A stretch of 64,000 nucleotides of DNA from Octopus vulgaris (GCA_951406725.2 OX597831.1:23064001-23128000); one strand, 5' to 3'. Positions 1-13,081 are shown, counted from the stretch's first letter. Numbers and translations are program-made. Notes: generated by a model from the sequence alone, not told the origin.

Positions 1-16
1 TACATAAAGATATATA

Positions 17-414
17 TTCTTTTCTTTTACTTGTTTCAGTCATTTGACTGCGGCCATTTGACTGCTGGAGCACCGCCTTTAGTCAAGCAACTCGACCCCG
101 GGACTTATTCTTTTTGTAAGCCCAGTACTTATTCTATCGGTCTCTTTTTGCCGAACCGCTAAGTGACGGGGACGTAAACACACCAGCATCGGTTGTCAAG
201 CAATGCTAGGGGAACAAACACTGACACATATATATATATATACATATATACGACAGGCTTCTTTCAGTTTCCGTCTACCAAATCCACTCACAAGGCATTG
301 GTCGGCCCGGGGCTATAGCAGCAGACACTTGACCAAGGTGCCACGCAGTGGGACTGAACCCGGAACCATGTGGTTGGTTAGCAAGCTACTTACCACACAG
401 CCACTCCTGCACCT
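17..414 (-). mobile_element. tRNA-derived SINE, family A (CORE-like body, internal (AT)n/(GT)n tract, stem-loop 3' tail)
   Basis: The minus strand begins GGTGCAGGAGTGGCTGTGTGGTAAG (A box) ... GGTTCAGTCCC (B box), then a CORE-like ACCTTGGNCAAGTG, and ends CAGTCAAATGACTGAAACAAGTAAAAG. There are many near-identical copies in the window. Confidence 0.9.
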
Positions 415-1034
415 AAATATGTGTATATTTATATATATGCATGCATACATACATACATACATACATACATAGAGTTATTTGTGTACATGTATATGCAGAA
501 GCACGAACACACATGCACACATACATGTTTATATGAATGTATATATTTATACAGATATAGATATATATAGGCATATGTGTACATGTATGCCTCTATGTGC
601 ATGTGTCTACATCATCCACTTCCATCTCACACACACAAAACTCCTGTATATTGTTAAATTACCCATTCATTGAAGTTAAATTGTGAAGTAAAAGAGGTTA
701 TGCCATGATTTTCCAAAGAATCAGTTGAGGTTAAGGAAAGTAAGACTATGAAATCTGTAATTAAATAGGTCAGCAGGGATCATTGTCTCCCTTCACTTAC
801 TCTTGCAGGACTCTAAAGCATAGAAGCACCTTTCTTCTGAACTGTGTTGAATAGCAGCTAATTTGAAAAATCTCGTTCACCTTGCATGTCTAAAGCCAAT
901 TTAGTCTCAATTATATCACTTAAAAGCTCTAATTACCTACAACCATTTATCATTCACACAGACATAATGATGATGCAAATAATGATGATAACAACAACAA
1001 CAACAGCAACAAGAGCAACAATAATAATGTATAT

Positions 1035-1200
1035 AAGATTTTTGTAGAGCTCATAGAGAAAGTTTGTCTCTTAGGGACAGCAAGGAGGGTTCTAAGCACT
1101 TCAAAGACAGCTGAAACTTGTGGATACCTAAAGTGATAGGTAGGAACCCGCTACCCACATAAGTCCTACCAAGAATAAGACTAAACCTGAAACAAACCAA
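1035..1200 (+). mobile_element. R4/Dong-clade non-LTR retrotransposon, extreme 3' end
   Basis: Translates ELIEKVCLLGTARRVLS, matching the terminal LQK.xLLGTA motif of RLE-type elements. Flanked by (AAT)n. Confidence 0.55.
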
Positions 1201-1262
1201 AATAATAATAATAATAATAATAATGATAGTAATAATAATAATAATAATGATAAATAATAAAT

Positions 1263-1501
1263 GCGCCCTTTTAAAGCCTAGCCAGGCTCATGGGCCCAGT
1301 TTCAGTGGCGTATGTGTTCCCTAGCTGGACAGGAGGCCAGTCCATCGCAGTGTTACTCACTTTTGCCAGCTGAGTGAACTGGAGCAACGTGAAATGAAGT
1401 GTTTTGCTCAAAAACACAACGCTTCGCCCAGTCCAGGGATCGAAACCAAAATCTTATGTTCATGATGCTGACACCCTAACCACTAAGCCACGCACCTCCA
1501 C
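1263..1501 (-). mobile_element. tRNA-derived SINE, family F
   Basis: Minus-strand head GTGGAGGTGCGTGGCTTAGTGGTTAGGG...GGTTTCGATCCC, body TTGAGCAAAACACTTCATTTCACG. Related copies at 38445-38677 (-), 20975-21300 (+), 13735-14015 (+). Confidence 0.8.
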
Positions 1502-1564
1502 TCAATTATAATAATAATGATAATAATAATATTAATGATAATAATAACAATGATGATGATAATG

Positions 1565-1608
<44 letters not shown>

Positions 1609-1743
1609 GAATTCTTACATTTACATATGATTTCTGTTATCTATTTCAAATATTTCATCTATTTTATTGTTCAGCTTGTTTCAGACAACACAATATTGTT
1701 ATAACATTTTTAACAATTTTCTCCTCCTGACTTTAAAAAGTAA

Positions 1744-1780
<37 letters not shown>

Positions 1781-2179
1781 GGCGGTGGTGGTAGTGGTAG
1801 TGTTGGTGGTGATTAGTGTGCATTTCTCAAACACTTTTAAAGATTTTGGTGATATTGTTTGAAGTACAAGAACAGTAAAAACAACAACAATAATGATAAC
1901 GATGGTGATGATGATGATGATGATGATGATGATAATAATCAGGTGAAGAATATCGAAAGTTTTCTTGTCTAAAATGTTGTGTCCAAGAACAATAAGACTT
2001 CATTAAGTTTCTCTTTTGAATTTTTATGCGTCTATATACAAGAGACATCCTACGCAAAATGGTAGACCTGCTCTGAGTTGAAACTGAATGCAATACAAGA
2101 AATATTTTAGCAAAAGATTTTCAGAATTGAGATTTCAATCACACAATCAAAAAGACAGAAACATCTGGACCAAATTCAC

Positions 2180-2210
<31 letters not shown>

Positions 2211-2250
2211 AGCGTATTGTATATTATACATACATACATATATATATATA

Positions 2251-2312
<62 letters not shown>

Positions 2313-2441
2313 AAAGCATCGTTATCACCAACAGACATCCATTTTCCATGTTCGCATGGGTTTGGCAGTTTGACAGGAGCTGACCAGCCAGGGAGCTATC
2401 TAGACTCTAATTGTCTGTTGTAGTTTCGTTTCTGCAGCTGA

Positions 2442-2442
<1 letters not shown>

Positions 2443-2512
<70 letters not shown>

Positions 2513-2572
2513 AATAATGATGATAATAATAATAAAAATAATGATGATAATAATAAAAAGTAATAATGATGA

Positions 2573-2614
<42 letters not shown>

Positions 2615-2639
2615 TAATAATAAAAAATAATGATGATAA

Positions 2640-2670
<31 letters not shown>

Positions 2671-2728
2671 AATAAAAATAATGATGATAAAAATAATAAT
2701 AATAATAATAATAATAAAAATAATGATG

Positions 2729-2762
<34 letters not shown>

Positions 2763-2770
2763 TAATGATG

Positions 2771-2807
<37 letters not shown>

Positions 2808-2815
2808 TAATGATG

Positions 2816-2891
<76 letters not shown>

Positions 2892-2904
2892 TAATGATGA
2901 TAAT

Positions 2905-2948
<44 letters not shown>

Positions 2949-2952
2949 TAAT

Positions 2953-2991
<39 letters not shown>

Positions 2992-3007
2992 CATAATAAT
3001 AATAAAG

Positions 3008-3057
<50 letters not shown>

Positions 3058-3112
3058 AATAATGATGATAATAATAAAAATAATGATGATAATAATAAAA
3101 ATAATAATGATG

Positions 3113-3165
<53 letters not shown>

Positions 3166-3177
3166 TAATGATGATAA

Positions 3178-3208
<31 letters not shown>

Positions 3209-3266
3209 AATAAAAATAATGATGATAAAAATAATAATAATAATAATAATAATAAAAATAATGATG

Positions 3267-3303
<37 letters not shown>

Positions 3304-3311
3304 TAATGATG

Positions 3312-3342
<31 letters not shown>

Positions 3343-3353
3343 TAATGATGATG

Positions 3354-3435
<82 letters not shown>

Positions 3436-3448
3436 TAATGATGATAAT

Positions 3449-3507
<59 letters not shown>

Positions 3508-3519
3508 TAATTATAATAA
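2443..3519. repeat. ~1.1 kb compound (AAT)n microsatellite punctuated by AAAAATAATGATGAT
   Basis: Seen directly. It accounts for the poly-I/N/Y ORFs. Confidence 0.97.
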
Positions 3520-3520
3520 T

Positions 3521-3962
3521 AGCTACAGCAAATGTTCTGTTCAATATCAAGATTTGCTTATCAGTTGTTTGACCTTAATCACTTGAGCATGTCCGTTGGT
3601 GACTGATGATATGTGCATCTCTGATCACCAGGAGAATAGTCATGTGTTGAGAGGAATTCTGTGGGGTTTGGATAATTCACCTCTGGAAACATGGGCGTTT
3701 TGTCCAACATCCTTAAACAACCCTTATTCAGGGACCTTTTGAGCAGCATGGCCTACTCGGCCTGACAAAAATTCTACCTGGGCCCCACCTGCAAGGTCAT
3801 GTGCTGTTTATCTTGATATGAGATCACCATGTGGTGCTCATATGGTTGTGATGCATGTGCCTGGTGTTCCCTTATCAGACGGGTAGTCCTGTTGGGTATT
3901 CTGGGCTTCGTATATTTTATCCCAGTGTCACTTTGATGGCATGCACTGCTCTCTCAGTCAAT
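3521..3962 (+). mobile_element. Non-coding interspersed retroposon-like repeat, family E, with (AAT)n tail
   Basis: Colinear with 45681-46110 (GCTACAGCAAAT...CTGCTCTCTCAGTCA-(AAT)n). Partial inverted copy at ~7990-8087. Confidence 0.8.
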
Positions 3963-4004
3963 AATAATACTACTACTACTAATAATAATAATAGTAATAA
4001 TACT

Positions 4005-4214
4005 TTCTACTCTAGACACAACGCCTGAAATTTTGCAGGAGGGGACTACTTGATTGCATCGACCCCAGTATTCAACTGGTACATATTTTATTGACATCAA
4101 AAGGATGAAAGGCAAAGCCAACCCTGGCAGAATTTGAACTCTGAACTCAGGGAAGGACAAAATGCTGCAAAGCAGTTTGTCTGGCATGCTAGCAATTCTG
4201 CCTGCTCACTGCCT

Positions 4215-4215
<1 letters not shown>
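4005..4215 (-). mobile_element. SINE family B (diverged)
   Basis: Contains ATCGACCCCAGT...AAGGATGAAAGGCAAAG...AATTTGAACTC, shared with 9837-10067. Confidence 0.75.
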
Positions 4216-4268
<53 letters not shown>

Positions 4269-4410
4269 CGATGATGACGATGATGACGATGATGACGACG
4301 ATGACGACTACGACGATGACGACTACGACGATGACGACTACGACGATGACGACTACGACGATGACGACTACGACGATGACGACGACGCAGCAGCAGCCGA
4401 TGATGATAAT
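4216..4410. repeat. (GAT)n/(GAC)n microsatellite
   Basis: Seen directly. Confidence 0.95.
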
Positions 4411-5297
4411 GTTTATTAGCTTCAAATGACCAAAGAATTCAAAAATACAGAACATACAATAGGAGTTTGCAAAGTGGGGTGCACTTGTATTTATTTTAAT
4501 GGACCTGGAAAGATAAAAAGGGAAATTTGACCTCTGAAGAATTTGAACTCAGCAATGTATCCAAATTCACGAAGACCTTAAATCTTATGCTGTACCAATT
4601 CTGCAACACACTGCTCCAGTGCCAATAACTTTTGTTGCATTGGCATCGCATCAAAACTATGGTAATTTGAGTTGGGTGCAGTTACTTAAATAAACCTTAA
4701 GTATCTGACTGGTAGATATATTACTTGCTTCAAATAACTCTTTATACAAACCAATAATAGCATAGAAATACTGGTGATAAACATATCACTAGAGTAGAAT
4801 TGCACACACACATATGCACATGCATGTGCATGTATGCCAACAGTGGTGAACTGGACAGGTTGCCAGTGAGACTGAACCCGGAACCATATGGTTGGTAAGC
4901 AAGCTTCTTACCACACAGCCACTCCTGCACCTAGCTTTTTAAAATATCTTGCTGAAATCTGCATTACTAAGGTGGAATTACTTGTTATTGTAGTTGTTTA
5001 GACACTGTCCACTTAGTTGTAAATAGGTAACATACCTCACTGCTAGACCTGACAGTAGGAAACAGCTTAAAATTAGTTATTTGATAACATGCCACTTTAT
5101 TAAGCTCTCAGTCAACCAGTGCATCTAGTTCTAAATAGTTATAAAAGGTAAGAGTATATCTCTCCCTGCGGGACAAAGAAGTGGTCGCAATAATATTAGT
5201 TCTTGTTACTTGTCTCTAGGTCAACAATAATCAGGCAGACCTATAATCAATGACATTCCAACAATGACCACCCCTTTGAATTTGAGTGTGTGTGTGT

Positions 5298-5546
5298 GTA
5301 AGTGATTTCCAACTAGGGTCAATATGGCTCCTGGGGGTCCATATCAGAATTTGGTGTTAAAATTTATCCACAATAAATTGGTCATCTTTCTACTAAACAC
5401 AAAATATTTTTTAATAGAATCCATAATATTTAATTACAAAAATATAATCAGATTTATAAAGCATTTAATGGACTGGGTAGGTTCATCCAAGTAAAACAGG
5501 AATGGAAAGGAGACCAGAGGTAAAGAAAAAATGGTTGAGAAACTCT
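5298..5546. mobile_element. Possible hAT-like MITE
   Basis: Degenerate terminal inverted repeats AGTGATTTCCAAC / GTTGAGAAACTCT with an AT-rich interior. Confidence 0.35.
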
Positions 5547-5555
5547 AATTTAGAT

Positions 5556-6120
5556 CATCATCAGCAGCAGCAGCAGTAGCAGCAGCAGCAGCTTTCCATG
5601 CTAGCATGGGTTGGACGCGTTTGACTGAGGGCTGGCAAACCAGATGGCTGCACCAGGCTCCAATCTTGATCTGGCAGAGTTTCTACAGCTGGATGCCCTT
5701 CCTAACGCCAACAACTCCGAGAGTGTAGTGGGTGCTTTTTATGTTCCACCAGCACGGGGGCCAGTCAGGTGGTACTGGAAATGACCTCGCTTGAATCTTT
5801 TACACATGCTACTGGCACAGGTGCCAGTAAGGCAACCCTGGTAATGATCACGCTCGAATGGTTCCCTTTTACGTGCCACCAGCACAGAAGCCAGTTAGCC
5901 GCTCTGGCAACGATCATGTTCGGATGGTGCTCTTGGCACCCTACTAGCACGGGCACAAGTGCCAGTAAGGCGACGCTGGTAACGATCACACTTGAATGGT
6001 GCCTTTTATGTGCAACTGGTACGGAAGCCAGTTAGCCGCTCTGTCAACGACCACACTTGTATGGTGCTCTTTGCACCCTGCTAGCACGGATGCCAGTCAT
6101 CAAATTTGATTTTGATTTAG
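5556..6120 (-). mobile_element. RTE-LINE 3' UTR-type repeat (family D) with internal tandem units
   Basis: TTCCATGCTAGCATGGGTTGGACG...GGATGCCCTTCCTAACGCCAAC matches the RTE 3' UTR at 30071-30910. Confidence 0.8.
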
Positions 6121-6829
6121 ATGTTACAGTGAAATTTAAGGGCATTTGGTCACAAGCTGAATGATCATATAATTGTATTCATCTCAGACAGCATAAAATC
6201 AATAAAACTTACCACTGTAAGCAGCAGGAATTCTGTATATTTATCAAAATATAGAACAAACATCCAGAACCTGCCAACTTACCTGACAAGATACAACCTT
6301 TCAAAGACTGATTGCACAAAAACACCCCTTGTCACATTTTGCGATTAGATTTGCAATAAACTGGTGATTGGCCTGTTTGAATTTTATTTGAGTGCAGATA
6401 TCCCACAAGGCTATACTTCACAAATGAATGCAATATATTACGGAAACCAACAACAACAACAACAACAATGGCAACACCAAAAATCTAATAAGTATTTTGG
6501 TGGCTTGTCACAGCACCTTTGTTGATTTTTAGGCTGTATATCATGGAGTGAGCAGCAAACCTGTTCAACCCACACGTTTGGAGAAGTGAATGTCAAAATG
6601 ATATTGATAATGATGATGATTAAGGAGAAGACGATGATGATGATGATGATGTTAATAACAGCAACAACAATGATGATGAAGGCAATGATGATTTGAATGA
6701 TGATGATGATATTGATGCTGATAACAACAATGTTGATGACTATGATGATGATAATCTTGATGCTGCTGTCACTGATGATGATGATGATGATGATATCAAT
6801 GGCAATGATAATAATTTCGATAACAATCC

Positions 6830-6948
6830 TTTCTATTATAGGCACAAGACCTGAAATTTTGGGAGGGGGGAAGGTCCAGTCGATTACATCGACCCCAGTA
6901 TGCAACAGGTACTTAATTTATTGACCCCGAAAGGATGAAAGGCAAAGT
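6830..6948 (-). mobile_element. SINE family B fragment inside a (GAT)n-rich region
   Basis: GTCGATTACATCGACCCCAGT...CCCCGAAAGGATGAAAGGCAAAGT. Confidence 0.7.
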
Positions 6949-7113
6949 GAGGATGATGTTGTTGACAATGATGTTGAGGGCAATGTTGTTGATGATGAGG
7001 AAGATGATGACAATGATACCACTGGGAATGATGTCATCAGTGATGATGATGATGATGATAACAATGTTGATGAAGATGATAACAATGATGATGATGATGG
7101 TGATGACAGTGTT

Positions 7114-7144
<31 letters not shown>

Positions 7145-8639
7145 ATATTGTTGACAATGATGACAGTGATGATGATGATCATGATCGTGATGGTGATGAT
7201 AACTGGAATAGTTGATGATAAATGATTGATTTTTTTTTTCTTATTTCTTTTATTTTTGTTTTTATTTATTCATTTATTTATTTATTTTTTTAAACCTAAA
7301 TCAATAATTTAATTGCTGCAATATTTTATTTTCCAATTTCCTTGAACTGTTTCTTTCTAGATGTACAGTTAATTTGTCTCGAAGGCAGAAATAAATAAGT
7401 AAAAATGTTTAAGAAACACACAAAAAAAAAAGAAAAAAAAAAGAAAAAAGCCCAAAAACTATCCACATAGATCAGTCACTCATTTAAAATGTCAGGAACA
7501 TTGCTTAAGTTCAGCAATAAATATCTTCCTTTTTTTTTTTTTTTTCTTTTTTCTTTGGTTAAGAAGATGCACAAACTGCAACATGTCTAAAGAGATTTAT
7601 TTTTGACTAGGAATCCAGGGAGAAGTCTTCAGTAAGCTTCCGTTTAAATCAATATATTTTTCTTCCTTTTTAAGTCAGTTAAGAGAAGGCTGGAGGGGAA
7701 ATTTTATTGCTATTTCTAGTAAATTGAACAACCACCTTGGAAAGTCTCTCATTTGATCATTTTCCTTTTTTTTTTTTTGTTATTAGTATAGTTGTTTAGC
7801 CCTGGGTCAGTCCTGATTAAGTCGAAGTAGATTTATAACACTGAGTAACACTATTTTTTTGTTGTTGTTCGTGGTTAGTAAACTGCTATTTCCTATCTGT
7901 TTACCCCTAAAGATTATGAAAAATGGTTAATATCTCCTTCAGACTTTGTATTTTTTTACATTTAATCAAACCCCAAAGAATCCTTCCCAACACAGAGATG
8001 CACATATTGTCAGCCACTAAGGGACATGCTTAATGTCAAGCAACCGACAGGCACATCCATGGTAGTGAGCAGAATATTTGCTATAACGATATTTCTGCTT
8101 CAGCAGCTCAGTGCTGAATCAGTCTGAAATGTAATGGAAAATAGGTCAGTTTCAAAACATTGATGTCCAGGTCACAAAGGCAAAGTGTGAAGGGAATGGC
8201 AGTCATTTCCTTTAATTTCTAGACAGAAGCAAAAAGGAAAAAACAATTACTGACCAAAGACCCTTAAAACCACCAACATAGCATAAGTCTATGTACTGAC
8301 AGGGGAGTTAACTGCCCCACAGCGTATATCAATGTGTGCATCCCTTTGTGTCTGTTTTCCTCCCACATCGCCACTTGGCAACGAGTGTTGGTGTGGATGT
8401 CTGGAGGAAGATATTTCCACAGATCGACACCCTTCCTGTCACAAACCTTCACCCGTTGCTGAAAAAACAAAACATGATACTTTGCCAGACATGCTTATTC
8501 ACAGAAGACTGGACATAATCAACACTGCTTGTATAACAGTGATGCTCATTTACAACTGTCACATAATGTCAAGACAAAGGTACACACAAACACACACATA
8601 CTCACAGACAAACACACACAGAGTTGGCTTCTTTCAGTT

Positions 8640-9042
8640 TCTTTTTTCTTGTTGCCCACAAGGGGCAAAACATAGAGGGGACAAAGGGATTAAGTCGATT
8701 ACATCGACCCCAGTGTGTAACTGGTATTTTATTTATCGACACTCAAAGGATGAAAGGCAAAGTTGACCTCGACGAAATTTGAACTCAGAACGTGGCGGTG
8801 GACGAAATACCTATTTCTTTACTACCCACAAGGGACTAAACACAGAGAGGACAAAGAAGGACAGACAAGCGGATTAAGTCAATTATATCGATCCCAGTGC
8901 ATAACTGGTACTTATTTAATCAACCCTGAAAGGATGAAAGGCAAAGTCAACCTCGACAAAATTTGAACTCAGAATGTAGCGGCAGACGAAATACCATTAA
9001 GCATTTCACCCGGCGTACTAATGTTTCTGCCAGCTCGCCGCC
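8640..9042 (-). mobile_element. Tandem pair of SINE family B inserted in a family A remnant
   Basis: Two consecutive B bodies. The family A motif TTTCAGTTT flanks both sides. Confidence 0.8.
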
Positions 9043-9462
9043 TTTCAGTTTCTGTCTACCAAATCTACTCACAAGGCATTGGTCAGCCCAGGGTTGTATA
9101 ATACAAGTCACATGCCCAAGGTGCTGCTCAGTGGGGCTGAACCTAAAACTACATCAGTTGAGTTCAGAAGCAAAACCATATACTTTATATGTTGGTAGGT
9201 AGGAAGACAGGTAGGAAGATAATAGACAAGCATGTGTGTGATATCACACGTCTTAATTAATCTTAACCTGAGATAAATTTACACAAAAGTGATTTGTTAA
9301 TAATTAATATCTTGTAATATAATTTAGAACTGTGTAAATATCTTCCAGATGATAATGGAATTGAGAAAATAAACTAAGATATATGTGTGTTTATATATAA
9401 GTGTGTGTGTGAATGTGCATAAATGTAGATATATATATATATATATATATATATACATGCAT

Positions 9463-9712
9463 AGGCATAGGAGTGGCTGTGTGGTAAGTAGCTTGCTTAC
9501 AAATCACATGGTTCCGGGTTCAGTCCCACTGTGTGGAACCTTGGGCAAATGTCTTATACTATAGCCTCGGGCCAACCAAAGCCTTGTGAGTGGATTTGGT
9601 GGATGGAAACTGAAACAAACCTGTCATATATATGTATATATGTATGTGTGTTTGTTTTGTCTGTGTTTGTCCCCCCAACATCGCTTGACAACCGATGCTG
9701 GTGTGTTTACGT
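9463..9712 (+). mobile_element. SINE family A, 5' part
   Basis: GGCATAGGAGTGGCTGTGTGGTAAG...GGTTCAGTCCC head. Confidence 0.88.
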
Positions 9713-9836
9713 CTGATTTAGCATGGTTTTCTACTGCTGGATGCTCTTTCTAACGCCAACCACTCCAAGAGTGTAATGGATGCTGTTATGTGCCACCAGC
9801 ATGGGTGCCATTTGCATGACACGGGTATCTACTACA

Positions 9837-10067
9837 GGTGGCGAGCTGGCAGAAACGTTAGCGCGCCATGCGAAATGCTTAGCAGTATTTCGTCTGTCGC
9901 AACGTTCTGAGTTCAAATTCCCCCAAGGTCGACTTTGCCTTTCATCCTTTCGGGATCGATAAATTAAGTACCAGTTACGCACTGGGGTCGATGTAATCGA
10001 CTTAATACCTATGTCTGTCCTTGTTTGTCCCCTCTATGTTTAGCCCCTTGTGGGTAATAAAGAAATA
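9837..10067 (+). mobile_element. tRNA-derived SINE family B, full length (central domain resembles the conserved Meta/Nin-type SINE domain)
   Basis: Head GGTGGCGAGCTGGCAGAA...GAGTTCAAATTC; body GTCGACTTTGCCTTTCATCCTTTCGGGATCGATAAATTAAGTACCAG. Probable TSD GGTATCTACTACA / GGTACTTACTACA. Confidence 0.88.
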
Positions 10068-10271
10068 GGTACTTACTACAGCTGTGATTTTGATCTTCTT
10101 AAGTGCAACATATTGCCAAAGGTCTTGGTCATTGCTCCCAAACCAAATTAAGGTAGCAACATAAACACAAGTACCTATAAAGGTGCATATACCAAATTTC
10201 CATCTTTAACAACCAACCAACCAACCAACCAACCAACGAACCAGCCAATCAGATATTGTTTAAAAAATATT

Positions 10272-10574
10272 TTTTACTTGTTTCAGTTATTTGACTATGG
10301 CCATGCTGGAGCACTGTCTTTAGTCGAGCGAATCGACCCCAGGATTTATTTTCCTGGCCCTGAAAGGATGAAAAGCAAACATGACTTTGGCAGAATTTGA
10401 ACTCAGAACGTAAAGATGGATGAAATGCCACAAATAATGTTGCCCAGTGTACTAACGACTCTGCCAGTACTTATTCTATCAGTTTCTTTTGCTGAACTGC
10501 TAGGCTGCAGCGACATAAACACACAAGCATTGGTTGGGAGGGGGGACAAACACAGACACACGAACAAACGCATA

Positions 10575-10630
<56 letters not shown>

Positions 10631-10794
10631 CGACAGGTTTCTTTCAGTTTCCGTCTACCAAATCAACTCACAAGGTTTTGGTTGGCCTGAGGCTATAGTA
10701 GAAGACACTTGCCCAAGGTGCCACGCAGTGGGACTGAATCCAGAACCATGTAGTTAGTAAGCAAGCTACTTACCACACAGCCACTCCTGCACCT
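10272..10794 (-). mobile_element. SINE family A interrupted by a family B fragment (~10355-10466)
   Basis: Family A tail, body and head are colinear. B motifs sit in between. Confidence 0.85.
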
Positions 10795-10984
10795 AGGAAT
10801 TTTTTTTTTTTTATCAAAAATTGGGGAAAACTTTTTTCTTTTCCATTTTATGTATTTCACTAAAAAGTGAGAAAGAAATTGTAAGATAGTTTCCAAATTT
10901 ATCTTCTTCTCCTCCTACATGAAAGAGCAATTGTTTATTTTTTTAATTTAGTAATTAAAAGCTCTCACTTTTAATCAGTTTCAA

Positions 10985-11470
10985 TCTCTCTCTTTCTCTC
11001 TCTCTTGCTCTCTCACCATGCTTTCCTCCTCTCTCATTCTCTCTCTTTCTTAGTCTGTCTTTCTCCCAGTCTCTTTTGTTTCCTCCTTGCCCTCTCTCTC
11101 TCTTTCTCCCCTCACCCCTCACCCCCCCTCTCTCTCTCATTCTCTTAGTCTCTCTCTCCTCTTTTTCTTCTCTCTCATACTCTCTTTTTTCCTCCTTGCC
11201 CTCTCTCTCTCTCTCTTTCTCCCCTCACTCCCTTACCCTCTTTCTCTCTCATTCTCATTCTCTCATTCTTTGTCAGTCTCTCATTTTCTTCTTTATCTTT
11301 CTCATTCTCTATCTTTTTCTCCATGTCCTCTCCCTCCCTCTCTCTCCCACTTCCTCTCTCTCCCACTTCCTCTCTCTCCCACTTCCTCTCTCTCCCACTT
11401 CCTCTCTCTCCCACTTCCTCTCTCTCCCACTTCCAATCTCTCCTATCCCTCTCTCACTTTTTTGCTCCTT

Positions 11471-11501
<31 letters not shown>

Positions 11502-11516
11502 TTCTCTCTCTCTCTT

Positions 11517-11566
<50 letters not shown>

Positions 11567-11700
11567 CCACTTCCTCTCTCTCCTATCCCTTGCTCACTTT
11601 TTTGCTCCTTTCTCTCTCTCTCTCTTTATCCCTCTCTCACTTTTTTGCTCTTTTCTCTCTCTCTTTCTTTCTCCCTCTCCCCCCTCTCTCTCTTTCTTTT
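10985..11700. repeat. (CT)n-rich polypyrimidine tract with CTCTCTCCCACTTCCT repeats
   Basis: Seen directly. Confidence 0.95.
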
Positions 11701-12610
11701 TATTCAAGATAAATATTTTGTTTCTTACTCAAGAATCTTTTCACTGGAGTTTTCTTAAGCTCATTTTCTCACTGACAAGTAGAAAGATTAAACAGTTTTG
11801 TTGTTTTTAATTTTTGAATGCTGTCATGATTAAAAAAAAAAAAAAAGCCAAAAAACCTTTTTTTATTTATTTATTTATTTAAAAATTTTCTACTTTCGTT
11901 TTTTTTTGTGTTTCACTCCACCTTCCTATCTATCTACCTACCTGAAATCCTGCCTGACCACCCCTATCTACAAACCACCACTTTTTTTTTTTTTCTTTCT
12001 TTCTTTCCGGAATATTCTGAGAAAAAATAAAGCTTTGTTTATAAAAGCTGTCTGTCAATCTTCGTTTATCCAAATTGGACAAAAGGAAAGCACAACAACA
12101 ACAACGACAACAACAACATCAACAACAATAACAATAACAACAACAACCATCTCTCTACGTAAACAAATAAAATAATTTTAAAACGTTGGTGTGATAAAGT
12201 GAAAGGAAATTTTTTCAAAAAGTGTCTGTCTGTATGTCTGTATGCAAGGGTGTGGAAGGAGAAGAAGACGGGTGGGGAGAGGTGTGTAGGTGTATGTATG
12301 TGAATGTATATATATGTATATGTATATGTGTGTGTGTGTATTGTCTGTGAGGAATGGTGGAAGGTTGCCTACCGCAATCAGAAGTAAGAGTGTAAGTACT
12401 CATGGACTGAAACTAATGGACATTTCCCTGTTACGCTCCAATTATTTCATATGACATGTCTGTCTGTCTGTCTGTCTACTTGTCTGCCTGTCTGATTCTT
12501 TCTCCCATGTGATAGAAAACTTTTTGTTTCAGTCTTTAATAGTTCAGATGAATTTATTTAGACTTGTTTCGAATCTTTTATTTTCATCTCTAAATGAACT
12601 TTATATATAA

Positions 12611-12992
12611 CTAGCAGTATCGCCCGGCGTTGCTCGGGTTTGTAAGGGAAATAACTATATAAGCATTTTTAAAGTGTTATAGCCAAAAAATGCAGTAAAA
12701 ATGGAAAAAAAATGATGGTAAATTTTTTTTAAATCGTTGACTCATCGTAGACATTTTTAGAGAGTTACTTCCTTTATATAATAGCGAAAAAAATGCATTA
12801 AAATGGAAAAAAATGATGGTAAATTTTTTAAAAATCGTAGACTCATCGTAGACGCGTGCTAATACCCAGAAATGCTCGATATGAATCACGACTATAAGAT
12901 ACCCGGTTTTGGTTAAACTGCACCGCAAAATGTGGGAGTAGTTAGGAATCTAAATCGTAGGAGACTGACACACAACTTCACCTTTATATATA
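12611..12992 (-). mobile_element. Non-autonomous Helitron-like element
   Basis: The minus strand ends CCCGAGCAACGCCGGGCGATACTGCTAG (subterminal hairpin + CTAG), followed by T. Its 5' end is TATATAAAGGTGAAGTTGTG. Same termini as 21761-22152. Confidence 0.75.
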
Positions 12993-12994
12993 AA

Positions 12995-13081
12995 CTAGCA
13001 GTATCGCCAGGCGTTGCTCGGGTTTGGAATCTAAATCGAAGGGGACAGACACTCACACAACTAGAGTTTTATATATATAGA
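12995..13081 (-). mobile_element. Minimal (~87 bp) Helitron-like element, head-to-tail with the previous one
   Basis: Minus strand TCTATATATATAAAAC...CCCGAGCAACGCCTGGCGATACTGCTAG. Confidence 0.7.

Noticed and set aside
1940-2110. Possible minus-strand host exon after a pyrimidine-rich ...TTCAG acceptor
   Set aside because: No frame gives a recognisable protein and no partner exons were found.
2407-3586. Long ORFs (195-318 aa) of poly-I/N/Y, and similar YI/CV/HT/LS-rich ORFs throughout the window
   Set aside because: They are translations of stop-free microsatellites, with no domain content.
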